A program made the translations under genes and the position numbers. The notes under the pieces are model-generated. The model was not told where the DNA came from, did not search any database, and worked only from the letters and a program-made list of their open reading frames with translations. Below, in pieces: positions 21,490 to 31,398 of a stretch of DNA of 64,000 nt; position 1 is the stretch's first letter, and every line of letters starts with the position of its first letter. Origin of the DNA: Candidatus Omnitrophota bacterium (GTDB taxonomy: Bacteria; Omnitrophota; Gorgyraeia; Gygaellales; Profunditerraquicolaceae); the NCBI GenBank assembly GCA_041663665.1, contig JBAYMG010000004.1, positions 8,559 to 72,558 on the forward strand, in the 5' to 3' direction.

Positions 21490-22543
21490 AGTTAATGAAA
21501 TTTTAGCTAGAATTTATACTGCTTTCTTGCCGGAAGTTAAAGATTTAGAACAAATTTTATCTTTAGAAAACCAGCAGGATTTGGATATTTTATTTAATTT
21601 CGCCGATTCGGTTAGGGAAGAGTTTTGTGGGGACGGAATTCTCCTGCGCGGGTTACTTGAGTTTTCTAATTTTTGTGATCGGCAGTGTTTTTACTGCGGG
21701 CTCAATAAATCCAACCATAAACTTACCCGTTATCGTATGGGGCAGGAAGAATTGTTTCAAAGCGTTGAATATTTAGTCTCCCGTAATATTAAGACGATAG
21801 TTTTACAGTCCGGAGAAGATCGGGCTTTAGATGTCGATCGGTTTGCGACACTAATCACTCAGATAAAATCCAGGTTTGATCTAGCGATTACTCTTTGCGT
21901 TGGAGAAAGGTGTTTTGATGATTATAAGCTTTGGTATCAAGCTGGTGCAGATAGATACTTGTTAAAAATAGAGACAGCGGACAAGGATTTATATGCCTCT
22001 ATGCATCCGGGAATGAATTTTTTACAACGTTTGCAATGTTTGGATGTTTTACGTAAGTTAGGTTATCAGGTAGGCTCAGGGATTATTATCGGGCTTCCCG
22101 GGCAAAGTTTAAAAACCATTGCTCAGGACATCATTTTTTTTAAACAAAGAGATTTTGATATGATTGGTATTGGCCCGTTTATCCCGCATGCGGATTCACC
22201 ATTTTGCAAAGAACAAAAGGGCGATTTCCTTTTAACTTTAAAAACTATTGCTTTAACGCGGATTGTTGCCAAGAATGCGCATATCCCTGCGACAACTGCT
22301 CTGGGTAGCTTAGATAAAGATTACCGGATGGAAGGTTTAAAATCCGGGGCAAATGTTTTAATGCCAAATTTTACTCCGCAGCCTTACCGTAAGCTCTATG
22401 AAATATATCCGGGGAAAAAATGTGTTGATGAACCGGTGGGCAATTGTAATTTTTGCATGGATGAAATGGCTAAAAGTTTGGGCAGATTCATTGATTATTC
22501 ACAAGGTGATTCTTTGAAAGGTAGAGGTGTGAGTTATGTATAG
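21476..22543 (+). CDS. hydE: [FeFe] hydrogenase radical SAM maturase HydE
   Basis: 'LRGLLEFSNFCDRQCFYCGLNKSNHKLTRYRM' BioB/HydE-type radical SAM; 355 aa; between hydG and hydF. Confidence 0.85.
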   Translation: MNTSKVNEILARIYTAFLPEVKDLEQILSLENQQDLDILFNFADSVREEFCGDGILLRGLLEFSNFCDRQCFYCGLNKSNHKLTRYRMGQEELFQSVEYLVSRNIKTIVLQSGEDRALDVDRFATLITQIKSRFDLAITLCVGERCFDDYKLWYQAGADRYLLKIETADKDLYASMHPGMNFLQRLQCLDVLRKLGYQVGSGIIIGLPGQSLKTIAQDIIFFKQRDFDMIGIGPFIPHADSPFCKEQKGDFLLTLKTIALTRIVAKNAHIPATTALGSLDKDYRMEGLKSGANVLMPNFTPQPYRKLYEIYPGKKCVDEPVGNCNFCMDEMAKSLGRFIDYSQGDSLKGRGVSYV

Positions 22544-23777
22544 GACCCCGGCAAGCAATAGATTGCATATCGGTATATTTGGCAAACGGAACTGCGGAAA
22601 ATCCAGCTTAATTAATGCGATTACCGGGCAGGATGCGGCAATCGTTTCAGAACTTGCCGGGACAACAACCGATCCGGTGTATAAGGCTATGGAAATTCTT
22701 CCGATTGGGCCATGTATGTTAATTGATACTGCCGGTATTGATGACGAGGGGCTTTTGGGTGCCGAGCGGGTAAAGCGTACTCTGTTAGTTTTAAGAAAAA
22801 CTGATATTGGGCTGATTGTTGTCCAGCCGGATACGGGAATTAACAATTTTGAGGAAGAGTTGGTTAGGGTATTTAAAAATAAAAACCTGCCGTTTTTGTT
22901 TATAATTAACAAATGTGAGCTGCCTGGAGATAAAGCGCGAAAGTATCTCGATGAAAAAGGCCTGCCGTATATTTTGGTCAGCTCTAAGACAATACAGGGT
23001 ATCGGAGAACTTAAACAAAAAATTATGCAGCTGGCTCCTGGCCATTGGTCGCCGGTACCTTTAGTCGGTGATATTATCAGCCCCAAGGATGTTGTAATTT
23101 TAGTCTGCCCAATTGATAACGCAATGCCGCAAGGCCGCCTTATTTTGCCGCAGGTTCAAGTAATGCGCGATTGTTTAGATAATAATGCTGCTGCTTTTGT
23201 TACGAAAGATACCGAATTGCTGGATTGCCTTAAAGCATTAAAGGAAAAGCCCCGCCTGGTGATTACTGATTCTCAGGTATTTGAAGATGTCCGTGATATG
23301 CTGCCAAAGGATATTCCGTTAACTTCATTTTCAACAGTTTTTGCCAGGCATAAAGGGGATCTGAATGTCTATATTCAAGGTGTCTATGCTATCGATAGCC
23401 TGAAAGATGGTGACGAAATTCTTATTGCTGAGGCCTGCACGCACCATGTGCAAGCTGAGGATATCGCTCGCAGTAAGATTCCTACTTGGTTATTAAATTA
23501 TACTAAAAAAGACTTACATTATGAGGTAACTTCCGGCGGGGATTTTCCGGAAGATTTAAGCCGCTATAAAATGATTATTGCTTGCGGCGGATGCATGGTT
23601 AATCGCCGGGAAATTATGCATCGCATCGAAAAAGCAATAGCTGCTAAAGTTGCAATTACTAATTATGGGATACTTATGGCTTATCTTTCCGGCATTCTCG
23701 AACGGATAATCGGCCCCTTTGAAGGCGGATTGGTAAAGTTAGATTTAAAGTTTGACAAGGCCAATAAAGCAAAATAG
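22536..23777 (+). CDS. hydF: [FeFe] hydrogenase maturation GTPase HydF
   Basis: GTPase P-loop 'GKRNCGKSSLINAITG'; C-terminal FeS motif 'CTHH...HYEV...CGGC'. Confidence 0.85.
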   Translation: MYRTPASNRLHIGIFGKRNCGKSSLINAITGQDAAIVSELAGTTTDPVYKAMEILPIGPCMLIDTAGIDDEGLLGAERVKRTLLVLRKTDIGLIVVQPDTGINNFEEELVRVFKNKNLPFLFIINKCELPGDKARKYLDEKGLPYILVSSKTIQGIGELKQKIMQLAPGHWSPVPLVGDIISPKDVVILVCPIDNAMPQGRLILPQVQVMRDCLDNNAAAFVTKDTELLDCLKALKEKPRLVITDSQVFEDVRDMLPKDIPLTSFSTVFARHKGDLNVYIQGVYAIDSLKDGDEILIAEACTHHVQAEDIARSKIPTWLLNYTKKDLHYEVTSGGDFPEDLSRYKMIIACGGCMVNRREIMHRIEKAIAAKVAITNYGILMAYLSGILERIIGPFEGGLVKLDLKFDKANKAK

Positions 23778-23808
23778 AATAATGCCAAGGAAGCAGCAAT
23801 AGAATATT

Positions 23809-24642
23809 ATGAAAATATTATCGAAAAAAATTATCGCGGATAGTTTTGGAATAAGGATTGTAAAGTTAACCTTAAGTTCTTTTGAGATAAGCCGTAAAGC
23901 CAGGGCCGGGCAGTTTGTTGTAGTTATGGTTAGTGAAAAAGGGGAGAGGGTTCCTCTTACTATTGTTGATTCCGATGCCCAGGCGGGGACTATTGAAATT
24001 ATCTTTCAAGAAGCGGGGCTGACTACGAAAGTTTTAGGTTCGCTTGGCGCCGGAGATAATTTATATGCGTTGGTCGGGCCTTTAGGTAGGGCTACCGAGA
24101 TAAAAGAATACGGTAACGTTATTTTAATCGGCGGAGGAGTGGGTATAGCTGAAATTTACCCGGTAGCAAAAAGTTTAAAACAAGCAGGCAATCATCTGAC
24201 TGTAATTATTGGAGCTAAGACTAAAGAATTATTGATATTGGAGAATGAACTTAAGAGCCTGTCCGATAAAATTTACGTTATGACTGATGATGGTTCTTAC
24301 GGGGAAAAAGGTTTTACTACTACAATCTTAGAGAGATTACTTACGCAAGATAAATATAATTTAGTTTATGCCGTTGGCCCGCTTCCGATGATGAAACGAG
24401 CCGCATTTGTTTGTCAGCCATTTAATATTAAAACAATTGTTTCTTTAAATGCACTTATGGTTGATGCTACCGGTATGTGCGGCTGCTGCCGGGTTACCGT
24501 TAAAGGTGAGATTAAATTTAGTTGCGTTGACGGGCCTGAATTTGAAGCTGATACGATAGATTGGCAAGAGTTGGAAAATAGGAACCGCATGTATTTAGAT
24601 AAAGAGCAGCATGCCTGTAAATTGAATTTTCAAAGAGAATGA
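23809..24642 (+). CDS. nfnA: NfnA/SudB-like FAD + [2Fe-2S] subunit (PyrK family) of NADH-dependent ferredoxin:NADP oxidoreductase
   Basis: PyrK-like FAD/NAD fold ('ILIGGGVGIAEIYPVAK') with C-terminal 'CGCCRVTVKGEIKFSCVDGPEF' 2Fe-2S motif. Confidence 0.7.
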   Translation: MKILSKKIIADSFGIRIVKLTLSSFEISRKARAGQFVVVMVSEKGERVPLTIVDSDAQAGTIEIIFQEAGLTTKVLGSLGAGDNLYALVGPLGRATEIKEYGNVILIGGGVGIAEIYPVAKSLKQAGNHLTVIIGAKTKELLILENELKSLSDKIYVMTDDGSYGEKGFTTTILERLLTQDKYNLVYAVGPLPMMKRAAFVCQPFNIKTIVSLNALMVDATGMCGCCRVTVKGEIKFSCVDGPEFEADTIDWQELENRNRMYLDKEQHACKLNFQRE

Positions 24643-26051
24643 TCAAAGAGCCTATAAAAGTAAAAGAGTTATCAGCGCAGGAGAGGGTAAATGGATTTGC
24701 CGAAGTAGTATCCGGATATTCAGAACAGGAGGCTCTAGCGGAAAGTTCTCGCTGCCTGCAATGTAAAAATCCTGCTTGTATCTCGGGTTGCCCGGTTAAT
24801 ATTAATATTAAAAAGTTTATTTTTCAGGTGACTAAGCAAGATTATGCCGGGGCATATTTTACTATCCGTAAGACAAATAATTTTCCATCGATTTGCGGGA
24901 GGGTTTGTCCTGCAGAGTATCAATGCCGCAAGGGTTGTGTATTAAATAAAAGCAAACTTGCGTATTGTAGTCCTGAAGCAATTAATATTCATTTTTTGGA
25001 GAGGTTTGTCGGCGACTATGGAATGCGTAACAATTTAGAAGTCGAAATAGAAAGAGCCGGGGAGCCGCCGGAGTCTAAGGTTGCGGTGGTTGGCAGCGGC
25101 CCGGCCGGATTATGTTGTGCCGGTGAATTAGTTAGAAAAGGAATAAAAGCAGTTGTTTTTGAAGGGTTGCAGAGCTGCGGTGGAGTTTTAAGATATGGCA
25201 TCCCTGGTTTTCGTCTACCCCGTCAGGTTCTTGATTATGAAATTAGTTGTTTAATCCGCTCGGGGGTAGAATTTAGGACCAATACTATTGTAGGAAAAAC
25301 TATTTTTCTAGATGATTTATTCCAGCAGGGGTTTGTCAAAATATTTTTGGGCCTGGGTGCCGGGGTGCCGTCATTTTTAGGGATAAAGGGAGAGAACTTT
25401 TGTAATGTTTATTCGGCTAATGAGTTTTTAACCCGCGTAAATCTTATGTCGGCTTATAAATTTCCTGAATATCATACTCCGGTTAATATCGGCAAGCACG
25501 TTTTGGTAATCGGTGGAGGCAATACCGCTATGGATGCTGCGCGTTGTGCTTTACGCCTGCAAAAGACTAGTGGCGTAAAACCCGATGTAAAGATTATTTA
25601 TCGCCGCACCTTGGCCGAGATGCCTGCCCGCAGGCTGGAAATTGAGCATGCTCAACAGGAGGGTATAGAGTTTAAATTTTTGACTCAGCCAAAAGAATTT
25701 CGTTCTGATTCCGGAGGGTTTGTGCAAGAGCTTGCCTGTCTTGATTGTGAGCTTAAAGAAGCTGATGAATCCGGAAGGAGAAAAGCTGTAGCCAAAGACG
25801 GTAGCGATTTCAATATGCCCTGTGATTTAGCAATAATTGCCGTTGGTCTACAAGCCAATCAGGTTTTAACCAATGTTGTCCCTGATTTAAAAACTGATAA
25901 GTATAAAGATATTGTAATTAATTCGCAAACCATGGAAACTTCAATAAAAAATGTCTTTGCCGGTGGAGATATTGTCGGTGGAGAGGGTACGGTTATTGAA
26001 GCTATGGGTATGGCTAAGAAAGCTGCTTTAAGTATCCTGCAAAATTCTTGA
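24639..26051 (+). CDS. nfnB: NfnB/SudA-like (GltD-family) FAD/NADPH oxidoreductase subunit with 2x[4Fe-4S]
   Basis: N-terminal Cys clusters 'CLQCKNPACISGCPVNINI', 'CGRVCPAEYQCRKGC'; dinucleotide-binding 'VAVVGSGPAGLCCAGEL'; GltD-like length. Confidence 0.75.
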   Translation: MIKEPIKVKELSAQERVNGFAEVVSGYSEQEALAESSRCLQCKNPACISGCPVNINIKKFIFQVTKQDYAGAYFTIRKTNNFPSICGRVCPAEYQCRKGCVLNKSKLAYCSPEAINIHFLERFVGDYGMRNNLEVEIERAGEPPESKVAVVGSGPAGLCCAGELVRKGIKAVVFEGLQSCGGVLRYGIPGFRLPRQVLDYEISCLIRSGVEFRTNTIVGKTIFLDDLFQQGFVKIFLGLGAGVPSFLGIKGENFCNVYSANEFLTRVNLMSAYKFPEYHTPVNIGKHVLVIGGGNTAMDAARCALRLQKTSGVKPDVKIIYRRTLAEMPARRLEIEHAQQEGIEFKFLTQPKEFRSDSGGFVQELACLDCELKEADESGRRKAVAKDGSDFNMPCDLAIIAVGLQANQVLTNVVPDLKTDKYKDIVINSQTMETSIKNVFAGGDIVGGEGTVIEAMGMAKKAALSILQNS

Positions 26052-26150
26052 CAAAGATAATCTCTGTACTATTATATAGCTTAAATATTACGCCTTGGTT
26101 TTGCAGAGTAGCAAAGCCATAAACTATTAAGCTAGATTCAAATGACAAAG

Positions 26151-26184
26151 ACGTCTATTAAATCTAAATAGGCGTTTTTTATTT
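26151..26184 (+). terminator. Rho-independent terminator after nfnB
   Basis: Stem ACGTCTATT / AATAGGCGT (9 bp, one G-U), 7-nt loop, followed by TTTTTTATTT. Confidence 0.6.
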
Positions 26185-26244
26185 AAACTCAGTTGCATTA
26201 TTTTTAAGCAACTTCTGCCTAAAAATAAAGAAAGGGGAAATATC

Positions 26245-27885
26245 ATGATTCAGTGGCCGAAAACAAATGATGCTTTAGGCACAGTAAATAGGGGTAATCC
26301 TTGTGAAAGCGGCTTGTGTACTCTTTGTCGTGTAGATTGTATGGGTAAATGCGAGACCTGGCTTTCCAGTTTAAAAGGAAGGAAGCTTTTGTATCCCAGA
26401 GATTATAGCTTTACTACTGCCGGAAGTTCGAATACAACTCATTTGGGAGTTTCTTATAATTCTTTACGTATTAACGGTTATAATTATGGCGCTTACGGGC
26501 TTCCTAAGGGGTTAACAAATTCTGAAGATGACTGTATTTTTCCGAATGTAAACATCGCAGGTGAATTTGGCCAGACAGTTAAAACTAAATTTAGGGTTCC
26601 AGTAATGACCGGTGCGTTAGGTTCGACTTTTGTAGCTGCTAAGTATTGGGAATCTTTTGCTACCGGAGCTGCCTTAGTCGGTGTACCGATTGTTGTGGGT
26701 GAGAATGTGGTTGGTATCGATAAACAGGCTGAAATTAGTAACGGTAAAATTATCAAGGCTCCGGAGTTAGACAGGCGTATTGAGACATTCTTGCGTTATT
26801 ATGATGGCTACGGAGCTATTATTGTGCAGATGAATGTTGAAGATACGCGTAACGGGGTTGCTGAATATGTAATTGAAAAATACGGCGATAAAGTTATTAT
26901 TGAATTGAAATGGGGCCAAGGAGCAAAATGTATCGGAGGAGAGATTCAGGTTAATAACCTTGAATATGCACAATTCTTGAAAAAACGCGGTTATGTGGTT
27001 GACCCGGACCCGACAATCCCTGAAGTCCAGAATGCTTTTAAAGCCGGAGCAATCAAATCTATTGCCCGCCATAGTCGTTTAGGTTATACTAGTTTATCTT
27101 CCGAAAGTCAGGTTGAAGCAAATTTCATGAAAGCAGTAAAGTATTTACGTAAAATCGGTTATAAGAGAATATCTTTAAAAACCGGTTCTTACGGGATGGA
27201 AGCATTGGCTATGTCTATAAAGTATGCTTCTGATGCCAAGCTTGATTTGTTGACTATTGACGGATCAGGCGGCGGCACAGGAATGAGCCCCTGGAATATG
27301 ATGGAGACTTGGGGTGTTCCCTCAATATTACTGCATTCTAAAGCTTATGAATATGCAGAAATTTTACGTAAAAAAGGTAAAAAAGTTGTAGATCTGGCTT
27401 TTGCCGGAGGTTTGGCACGTGAGGATCATATTTTTAAAGCCTTAGCTTTAGGCGCACCTTATACAAAGTTAGTTTGTATGGGCCGTGCTTTAATGATTCC
27501 TGCCTACTTAGGTTCTAATATTCAAGGTGCCTTAGATCCGTCAGTGAAGGTAAAAGTTAGCGGAAGCTGGGATAAGCTTCCTGCTTCTGTTGCCGAGTTA
27601 GGTTCGACCTCTGAAGAGTTATTTGCCGGTTATTATGATCTTCAGAAAAAAGTTGGTAAGAATGAGATGAAGAATGTTCCATTAGGTGCGGTTGCCTTCT
27701 GGACCTTAGCGGATAAGCTGGCTGCCGGTATTCAGCAGTTAATGGCTGGTGCCAGGAGATTTACGCTTAAGTCAATTACGCGTAATGATATTTTTTCAGG
27801 CAATCGTGAAACGGAACAAGAAACAGGCGTGCCTTTTATTACCGATGCAGCCGACGATAAAGCTAAAAAAATAATGAGAAGTTGA
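26245..27885 (+). CDS. Glutamate synthase large-subunit central (FMN) domain-like protein with N-terminal Cys cluster
   Basis: 546 aa; 'IDGSGGGTGMSPWNMMETWGVPSI' resembles the GltB FMN-domain 'DG.EGGTGA.P'; N-terminal 'CESGLCTLCRVDCMGKCE'. No amidotransferase domain. Confidence 0.65.
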   Translation: MIQWPKTNDALGTVNRGNPCESGLCTLCRVDCMGKCETWLSSLKGRKLLYPRDYSFTTAGSSNTTHLGVSYNSLRINGYNYGAYGLPKGLTNSEDDCIFPNVNIAGEFGQTVKTKFRVPVMTGALGSTFVAAKYWESFATGAALVGVPIVVGENVVGIDKQAEISNGKIIKAPELDRRIETFLRYYDGYGAIIVQMNVEDTRNGVAEYVIEKYGDKVIIELKWGQGAKCIGGEIQVNNLEYAQFLKKRGYVVDPDPTIPEVQNAFKAGAIKSIARHSRLGYTSLSSESQVEANFMKAVKYLRKIGYKRISLKTGSYGMEALAMSIKYASDAKLDLLTIDGSGGGTGMSPWNMMETWGVPSILLHSKAYEYAEILRKKGKKVVDLAFAGGLAREDHIFKALALGAPYTKLVCMGRALMIPAYLGSNIQGALDPSVKVKVSGSWDKLPASVAELGSTSEELFAGYYDLQKKVGKNEMKNVPLGAVAFWTLADKLAAGIQQLMAGARRFTLKSITRNDIFSGNRETEQETGVPFITDAADDKAKKIMRS

Positions 27886-27908
27886 TTTAGCTAAAATAAG
27901 AAGAAATT

Positions 27909-27970
27909 CGGGGACGCTCCTATTTATTAAATATATCTTATAATAAATAGGAGCGTCCCCGATTTATTTA
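27909..27970 (+). terminator. Long perfect inverted repeat / intrinsic terminator
   Basis: Perfect 20-bp arms CGGGGACGCTCCTATTTATT (27909-27928) and its reverse complement (27942-27961), 13-nt spacer, then ATTTATTTA. Confidence 0.6.
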
Positions 27971-28007
27971 GTTGCGGTAGAGCTCTTTTAGTTGTAAAAT
28001 AATATTT

Positions 28008-29927
28008 GTGAATAATGAAAAAATATTAGAAGAATTTTTCCAGGCCTTAAGAGTTACTCTTACTACTGCTTTCTCCTATTCGAAAGACCATCCGTACTTT
28101 ATCAAATCCGTTGAAAATTTTAAGCTTAAAACTGAAGATACTCTGCTGGTTTTGAGTCCGCTAAAAGTCGGAATTACCAGTTCTGAGCTTATGGTTAACG
28201 GTGAGAGTTTAACTAAGGGTGGTTTTTATAATGAGCTGGCACACCTGTTGCATCAGCGAAAAATAAAAAGTATAGAAATTACCAGCGGCGCCAGTGTTGA
28301 AGAATTAGTCCAGTTTTTTTCGGTGATTTCTTTGCCGCAAAAAGAAATCCTCAAGGCTGGAGGGGTTAATGCTATTTTGGGTAAAGATAAAATTGCCAAT
28401 ATTGTAGTTGATGAATTAGATTATTCTGTATTTTTGCAAGGAGGAGGCAAGGAGTGTACTGATATTTGGGGGTATATGCTTAAGGATGCGGTACAGCGCA
28501 ATGATTCAGTTAAGCTAAATGAAGTCGCTGATAATTTTGGTACTTTTATTGAACATTCCAATGAAAATGACATTGTTGGCGGAGAGGAAGTACCGGAGAG
28601 CATTAACGAATTTTTGACTTGTCTAAAAGATAAAAACAAAGAAAAATTTGATAAATGTTCTAGGGAAGTTTTTTTATGGCTCTTGCGTAATAAAAATTCT
28701 CTTGATGAAGAAAAATTATCAAAACTTAAGTTAGTTTTTAATAGTTTGGAGCATGAAGATTTTAGTACGCTGCTCTGGGATGGGTTAATTCATGAAGATA
28801 ATTTTGATGCTATAAGTTTGCAGCTTTTTTCCAAAATTTCCGAACAAAAAAATGCTCCTAAAATTGCCGAAGGATTTTTTAATAAAATAAACCAATCGCA
28901 GAATTTAAAGGATAATCCTAATGTAGTAAAAAAAATACAGGATCTCTTGGGCGCAACCCAAGGCACTCAATTGTCGGCGGTCTACTATAATACCTTGAAA
29001 TCTTTGATTAAGGGAATTTCCCCTTCTGGAGTCATGGCTTTTGATCAGGAGAAGCTTAAAGAGAATTACCGTTATATAGTTTTAAGCATGCTTTCATTTA
29101 ATGACGATGAGGATAATCTGAAGTTAGCCGCAGGTATTATGGAATTAGAATTTGCCAGTGCACTTGAAGATAATGCTTTTGGTTTTTTGAAAGATTTGCA
29201 CAGGCTTCTGCTGGAAAGAAAAAAAGAAGGAATAGCGGCCTGTATTGATCTTGAAAAAAAATTTTCAGCTTTTATTGAGGATATTGTATTGAATAAATCC
29301 TTGGCTGTTGAGCAGGAGTTTTTAATTGAAATGGTTTCTTCGCCTGCTCAAGAAATAGATGTTTACTTGGATAGGATATTTAATGATCCAGAAATTAATC
29401 GGCATGTTCTGATTTTGTTTTTTAGGTTGTTTCCAGAAAACTTGGAACTTTTTTACCAAAGATTGGCTCAAAAGTTGCAGGATATGGAATTTCTCCATAA
29501 TTTTGTTTTAGTTCTGGGCCAGTTTGATGCCCCCATAAGTTTAGGTATATTAGAATATATTTATTCTTTGGCTAATGAATTGGTTAAACTTGAAGTCTTA
29601 AAAGTCATGCGTAAACTAGAAAAAATAGATAGCGTTTTTCTTGTTGGGCAATTAAATACGGATTCCTTTTTACTTAGGAAAAACCTTTGTTCGATTTTGT
29701 CCTTGGCTGCGCAGTCAAATGATGCTGTATTAAATTCTTTATTTGAAATTCGCAGCCCTTTTGGGAGAAAAAATGTGTTTTTGCTTGAAAATATGCAGAT
29801 TGTTTTTGATTTGAAATTTATTGAGGCAGTAAAAAATCTCCGAAATTTAAGCCATCGCCGGTTTTTTTGGAATAGGAAATTACGCAATAGAGCAAAACAA
29901 ATTTTAAAGGAGTGGAATGTTCTCTAA
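28008..29927 (+). CDS. Hypothetical alpha-helical protein; N-terminal ~130 aa homologous to the N-terminal domain of the downstream HD-GYP protein
   Basis: 639 aa, no catalytic motif recognised; N-terminus ('FFQALRVTLTTAFSYSKDHPYFIKS...GITSSEL') aligns with the N-terminus of ORF 29917 ('AFRSLLSCLQVIKMYGSSHPMFQKS...GIIGEEL'). Confidence 0.4.
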   Translation: MNNEKILEEFFQALRVTLTTAFSYSKDHPYFIKSVENFKLKTEDTLLVLSPLKVGITSSELMVNGESLTKGGFYNELAHLLHQRKIKSIEITSGASVEELVQFFSVISLPQKEILKAGGVNAILGKDKIANIVVDELDYSVFLQGGGKECTDIWGYMLKDAVQRNDSVKLNEVADNFGTFIEHSNENDIVGGEEVPESINEFLTCLKDKNKEKFDKCSREVFLWLLRNKNSLDEEKLSKLKLVFNSLEHEDFSTLLWDGLIHEDNFDAISLQLFSKISEQKNAPKIAEGFFNKINQSQNLKDNPNVVKKIQDLLGATQGTQLSAVYYNTLKSLIKGISPSGVMAFDQEKLKENYRYIVLSMLSFNDDEDNLKLAAGIMELEFASALEDNAFGFLKDLHRLLLERKKEGIAACIDLEKKFSAFIEDIVLNKSLAVEQEFLIEMVSSPAQEIDVYLDRIFNDPEINRHVLILFFRLFPENLELFYQRLAQKLQDMEFLHNFVLVLGQFDAPISLGILEYIYSLANELVKLEVLKVMRKLEKIDSVFLVGQLNTDSFLLRKNLCSILSLAAQSNDAVLNSLFEIRSPFGRKNVFLLENMQIVFDLKFIEAVKNLRNLSHRRFFWNRKLRNRAKQILKEWNVL

Positions 29928-31254
29928 GGTTGAAGTCGCTTTCCGCAGTTTACTTAGTTGTTTGCAAGTTATCAAAATGTATGGTTCGTCCCATCCTATG
30001 TTTCAAAAATCGCTAGACAGTTTAGCTCTAGCTTTTGATGAAGCTTTAGCTCTCCATCCGGAGATAGTTATTGGTATTATCGGCGAAGAGTTGGCATTTG
30101 AAAAAGACATTCTTTTTGAGTTGGGAAAATTCCTAAGGCCGGCGATCCTTTATTTAAAAGACAGAAATATTGAGCGGTTTGCATTTTCCCGCGGGTTGAA
30201 TAAGGAAGAGCTGCGTATATTTATAGATTTTCTTGCCCGGCCTAAAGAAGATTTTAAGGGTGATTCTCAAGTTTTGTTCAATCTTGCCGGGGTAGAACAT
30301 ATTAGCGTGGGTAAGCTTAAAATTGATGGAGAAACAGGCAGTAAAAATGTTTCTAAGGTTAAGAGGATTAATCTTTATGATTCTAGCGCTGAAAAAATCG
30401 GCTTGGCTTTAAATGGAGTACTTAATTCCGAGAAAATAGATCATTTAGCGCTTAAATTTTCTTTAAGTAATATTATGGAAAGTTTGAGCGTTCAACACCA
30501 TGAGATGCTTAGGTTAGCTACGGTTAAAAGGTATGACGTGGAAACTTATGCCCATATGCTTAATGTTGCTATTTTTTCTATGTATTTTTCTTCGCGTTTA
30601 GGTTTCGATAAAGCAAATGTTTTAAATATTGGAATGGCTGCAATGTTTCATGATATCGGTAAATTATTTATTTCACGAAAACTATTGCATAAATCCGAAA
30701 AACTTACTGATCAGGAATTTGGGCGTATCAAAAGCCATACATTTTTAGGCGCGGAGATGATGCTTAGATATGTCGATACGCTGGGTATTTTACCGGTAGT
30801 AATTAGTTTCGAGCATCATTTAAAATATGATTCTACGGGTTATCCCCGTTTACCTTTACTAAGGAAACAGCATATTGCTTCATCAATTGTCGCAATCTGT
30901 GATGTTTATGATGCGCTTTCACAGCGTAGAGGTTATAAGCAGGATTATTCTCCGGATGTAGTTTATGGCATAATGGAAAAAGATAGGGGCACTGCTTTTG
31001 AACCAGAGTTATTTGATAGATTTTTTAGGTTTATAGGTTTTTGGCCAATTGGTGCGGTAGTTGCATTAAGCGATGGCAGTATCGCATTAGTTAGGGAGCA
31101 GAATGAATCTGAAATCCGCAGGCCGATAGTTGAAATAGTTTCGCCAATTGAAAAAAAGCGTAAAGTTGACTTGATTAAAGATTATAGTTTGAATATTGAG
31201 CGCTACCTTAACCCTTGGAAGGAAGGTAAAGAGTATCTTGCTCTGGAGCAATAA
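29917..31254 (+). CDS. HD-GYP domain protein (putative c-di-GMP phosphodiesterase) with uncharacterised N-terminal domain (DUF3391-like)
   Basis: 'HMLNV...HDIGK...HHLKYDSTGYPR' = H..HD..H..HH..D..GYP signature; overlaps upstream ORF by 11 nt. Confidence 0.8.
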   Translation: MFSKVEVAFRSLLSCLQVIKMYGSSHPMFQKSLDSLALAFDEALALHPEIVIGIIGEELAFEKDILFELGKFLRPAILYLKDRNIERFAFSRGLNKEELRIFIDFLARPKEDFKGDSQVLFNLAGVEHISVGKLKIDGETGSKNVSKVKRINLYDSSAEKIGLALNGVLNSEKIDHLALKFSLSNIMESLSVQHHEMLRLATVKRYDVETYAHMLNVAIFSMYFSSRLGFDKANVLNIGMAAMFHDIGKLFISRKLLHKSEKLTDQEFGRIKSHTFLGAEMMLRYVDTLGILPVVISFEHHLKYDSTGYPRLPLLRKQHIASSIVAICDVYDALSQRRGYKQDYSPDVVYGIMEKDRGTAFEPELFDRFFRFIGFWPIGAVVALSDGSIALVREQNESEIRRPIVEIVSPIEKKRKVDLIKDYSLNIERYLNPWKEGKEYLALEQ

Positions 31255-31313
31255 ATACCTTTTTCTTAAGGTTCGGATCTTAGCAAAAAAAGCAGTGAGG
31301 GGCTAAAAATAAA

Positions 31314-31341
31314 TTGACAATCCTAGGTACTATGGTATATT
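31314..31341 (+). promoter_or_regulatory. Sigma70-like promoter upstream of pyrG
   Basis: TTGACA (31314-31319), 16-nt spacer, TATATT (31336-31341). Confidence 0.45.
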
Positions 31342-31353
31342 CATTTAAACAAA

Positions 31354-31398
31354 GGCGTTTAGGGGCCGGATAGCCGGCACCAAACGCCTTCTTTACGT
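31354..31398 (+). promoter_or_regulatory. Terminator-like hairpin in pyrG leader (possible attenuator)
   Basis: GGCGTTT...AAACGCC outer stem enclosing CCGG-ATAG-CCGG inner palindrome, followed by CTTCTTT, ending ~8 nt before pyrG ATG. Confidence 0.35.

Noticed and set aside
22499-23086. 195-aa minus-strand ORF (and 22791-23045)
   Set aside because: Antisense to hydF, whose GTPase motifs are intact on the + strand; a spurious frame.
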